Positions 30,601 to 32,000 of a stretch of DNA of 32,000 nucleotides are shown in pieces. The DNA is from Amoeboradix gromovi X-113 (Eukaryota; Fungi; Sanchytriomycota). The stretch lies in the NCBI GenBank assembly GCA_018985225.1, contig JADGIF010000011.1, positions 1-32,000 on the forward strand. The letters are read 5' to 3'. The notes under the pieces were generated by a model that was given only the letters and a program-made list of their open reading frames with translations, searched no databases and was not told the DNA's origin. A program made the translations under genes and the position numbers. The first letter of the stretch is position 1, and every line of letters starts with the position of its first letter.

Positions 30601-30976
30601 CACCTAGAGCAATTATTATTGCAGACAATACAGAGGATTTGCCGCTGCCGTTTTGGCCAACTATGAAATTTATGTTCTGATTTAGATCTAGCTGAAAATG
30701 GGCATGGCACATAAAGTTCTCCAAATAAATTGATTTAATCCACATAGTATCAGTTGAAAGAGGATTCGCATCTTTCTGAGGAACATTCTCAATATTTTCA
30801 ACATCCACTTCATCAGATGATTCATAGAAATCTGCCTTTCTTTTGGAAGGATGATTACCCAATTTTCGCTTTTTAATAAGTGGATTATCTGTGGGTGGGT
30901 TTAGAAATTCTGATGAAGAGGTGTTGTCATTGGATATAATTAGAGAGTGTTCATCGCTAGAAGTGACCTGAGGCAT
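27665..30976 (-). CDS. SMC6: Structural maintenance of chromosomes protein 6, 1103 aa, intronless
   Basis: LENFMCH, Walker A GQNGSGKS, hinge PLGPIG, long coiled-coils, LSGGEKSY, RCLDEYDVFMD, ISPQ. Confidence 0.95.
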   Translation of the reverse strand: MPQVTSSDEHSLIISNDNTSSSEFLNPPTDNPLIKKRKLGNHPSKRKADFYESSDEVDVENIENVPQKDANPLSTDTMWIKSIYLENFMCHAHFQLDLNQNINFIVGQNGSGKSSVLSAIIIALGGTSAFSDRGRNLRNLIKDGHKSATIRLTIDNTKYPYQYERFGASIVIERRLDSANGHWKLLSESNLCIYKDKKSVVSMVEDHFNIVVNNPLNVLTQENAKKFLFSSSVKNKYDFFKRATRLSEVEEWLETAYKNYMKSKTIMTSKIQNLSILESKKKQSQTILNRVEQAQHASTQISSIITKILWAMVYECEKSKEICESDLVKLREFSTKLKLLVESTHQKLSNTKDSIEKLKVKESECLDLRDPSVNKSEMIKNAIKSNKSKVNDLNRKKSILNKQIEAESLKLDHYNKRLESEVEQFSTTQQSRINQVRIELAHAHKEREGFLKLLDEKNSELDKHSKMKQKFEKDVGSHVASLNELKSKGLTIRAEISEMQSAERNKINAIGGSTMELIINTINQSDWKFKPLGPIGLHVQLKSDYSQFHRILDSILARNMTDFIVFTQSDLSKLKSIMKQYKYKPSITLRSRELFDFSSGVINDQTTFYSILSIDNEYVTRHLIDSYRIESLALFKDRESCMSCNNSKIIKSYYPIQSSKMSGYELSKNNKQSKWLALHRGASPFAINQGVLIKEARNSLTELSNQQRVLELELNKVKLKASNSESASRAVAGELKELSNKNKQLNKKVDELVKSMNVEQAENDGLVKQINDSNAIIQSYQKQLKLYNSEIVDTESLISEDISRESSLQLNANKCLEEIREIKAHARNLNQILTDQELEYNKNIKDLNINSLAIEKRQDDLVEISFKLESLSSKVSGERIEVKESLAQLKATKEQLDKVKNDIEQRENVTYEDALTRYAEDARTFDEANSMLEQFDKIINCLKMGITIRKQKLEAHRNMVTASAKQSFLYLTKRRGYSGTLEINHEEKTLDIKLAVEQDQILRIQNKKKLVSRDVKSLSGGEKSYASVCFLCSLWHHVPSPLRCLDEYDVFMDPLTRQIAIGILMESAESTPCQYILISPQDASTLKDRDNMKIHVLKPPARG

Positions 30977-32000
30977 GGGGTATTTATATTGGATTTAATT
31001 AAAAACATTTATGCATTATGTTAGATGATTGCGATGCAATTAAACTGATTATAATGTCAAACTCATCTATTGCATTTGAAACCTCATAGTTATGAAGTCT
31101 AAGCCGACTCAGGGACTGCTTTACACAAAATAAATATTTCTAGAGTTTATGATGCTAAAGTTATGACCGAATGCCTTTACAACATCCTAATTCGAAGGCC
31201 GATGCAAGACTAGCAAAAAATAATCGTTTTGCATCAGGTGCTTCCTAGGTTTGATAAAAACTTGAATCCGGTCTTATGCACATTCTAGACATTGAAAAGA
31301 TTATTTTAGACCAAGGATTGAATAAGGTACAAACTTGGTGTTACAGCAGCTTTGCGTTTCCCGGATACAATTGTTTTAATTTTCTCAAGACTCATTTCAT
31401 AAGTTCTTGTACCTATTGTATAATCAAGTGTACCATTCATTATTGAATATCAGTCATTTTCAATAAACAACAAACCAACGGAGTCTCAACAAGTATCCTT
31501 CTGAAGATAATCTGGATACATGATACAATGAGCTTATCTTGCTTGTTTGAGAATCCGAAGAAAATTACCGACACTACACCGACCAATTAATGTTAAAACA
31601 TAGGTATGTTGAAACTGTAAACAGGTCTATCTTGAAGCACTAGTGCAGCTGTATTAGTTAACCCAGTTTGATTTATTAAAAGCTAGTCCCCCTTGATTGC
31701 TTCCGGAGTAAGTTCTATCTCCTTTGGCTGTAATTGTAAGATTTCGATCTGTCCTATTCGATAAAAATAAGCCAGTACTCAGGCATCTCATTCATTTGAA
31801 CTGTTTTGCTTTTCTAGGAAATGTCATTAACGTTAGCTTCGATGTTATTTGAGAGTGTGAAGTAGCAGAATAAACGTTCAAATAACCAGGTTTATTTTTA
31901 CTTTCTTTTATCGTATTTAAGGCTTGAGTTCTTTGAATTTGCTATCAAAAGATATTGACGTTTTCAGAAGGATACTGCACGATTACCTCGTGCAATCTCT

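Noticed and set aside
5467-30976. Alternative nuclear genetic code (stop-codon reassignment)
   Set aside because: Long conserved genes are open in the standard code and end at TAA, TAG or TGA at expected positions; internal stops occur only in frameshifted relics or introns.
11860-32000. tRNA, rRNA or snRNA genes in intergenic islands
   Set aside because: No cloverleaf, A/B boxes or recognisable conserved RNA motifs seen by eye; a covariance-model scan would be needed.

Overview
Eukaryotic, AT-rich, standard-code DNA, most like an early-diverging fungus or fungus relative with a very compact genome. Tightly packed host genes: ABCB/MDR transporter, flotillin, isovaleryl-CoA dehydrogenase, bHLH-zipper, COA5/PET191, DRC9/DRC10-like IQ protein, RRP42, CaMKK-type kinase, F-box/LRR, a probable 58-aa microprotein, TM-RING-H2 ligase, ThrRS, mL53 and SMC6. 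Many intergenic gaps are only 16-90 bp. These genes alternate with islands of decayed, scrambled sequence: Ty3/Gypsy relics (1-4519), a P-loop NTPase plus PD-(D/E)xK nuclease pseudogene, and a Fanzor/TnpB relic inside an 11-bp direct-repeat-flanked block. Main signals: (1) both clear spliceosomal introns are exactly 20 nt with identical geometry (GTA-N8-CTAAY-N2-AG); (2) a Fanzor relic whose RuvC half appears inverted relative to its N-terminal half; (3) a recurrent TAYAAAAACTRG motif at the edges of junk blocks, including a sequence-identical inverted repeat pair bracketing a 2.9-kb host-gene block; (4) a flotillin that looks plant-type. All homology calls come from motif recognition by eye; no searches were run.
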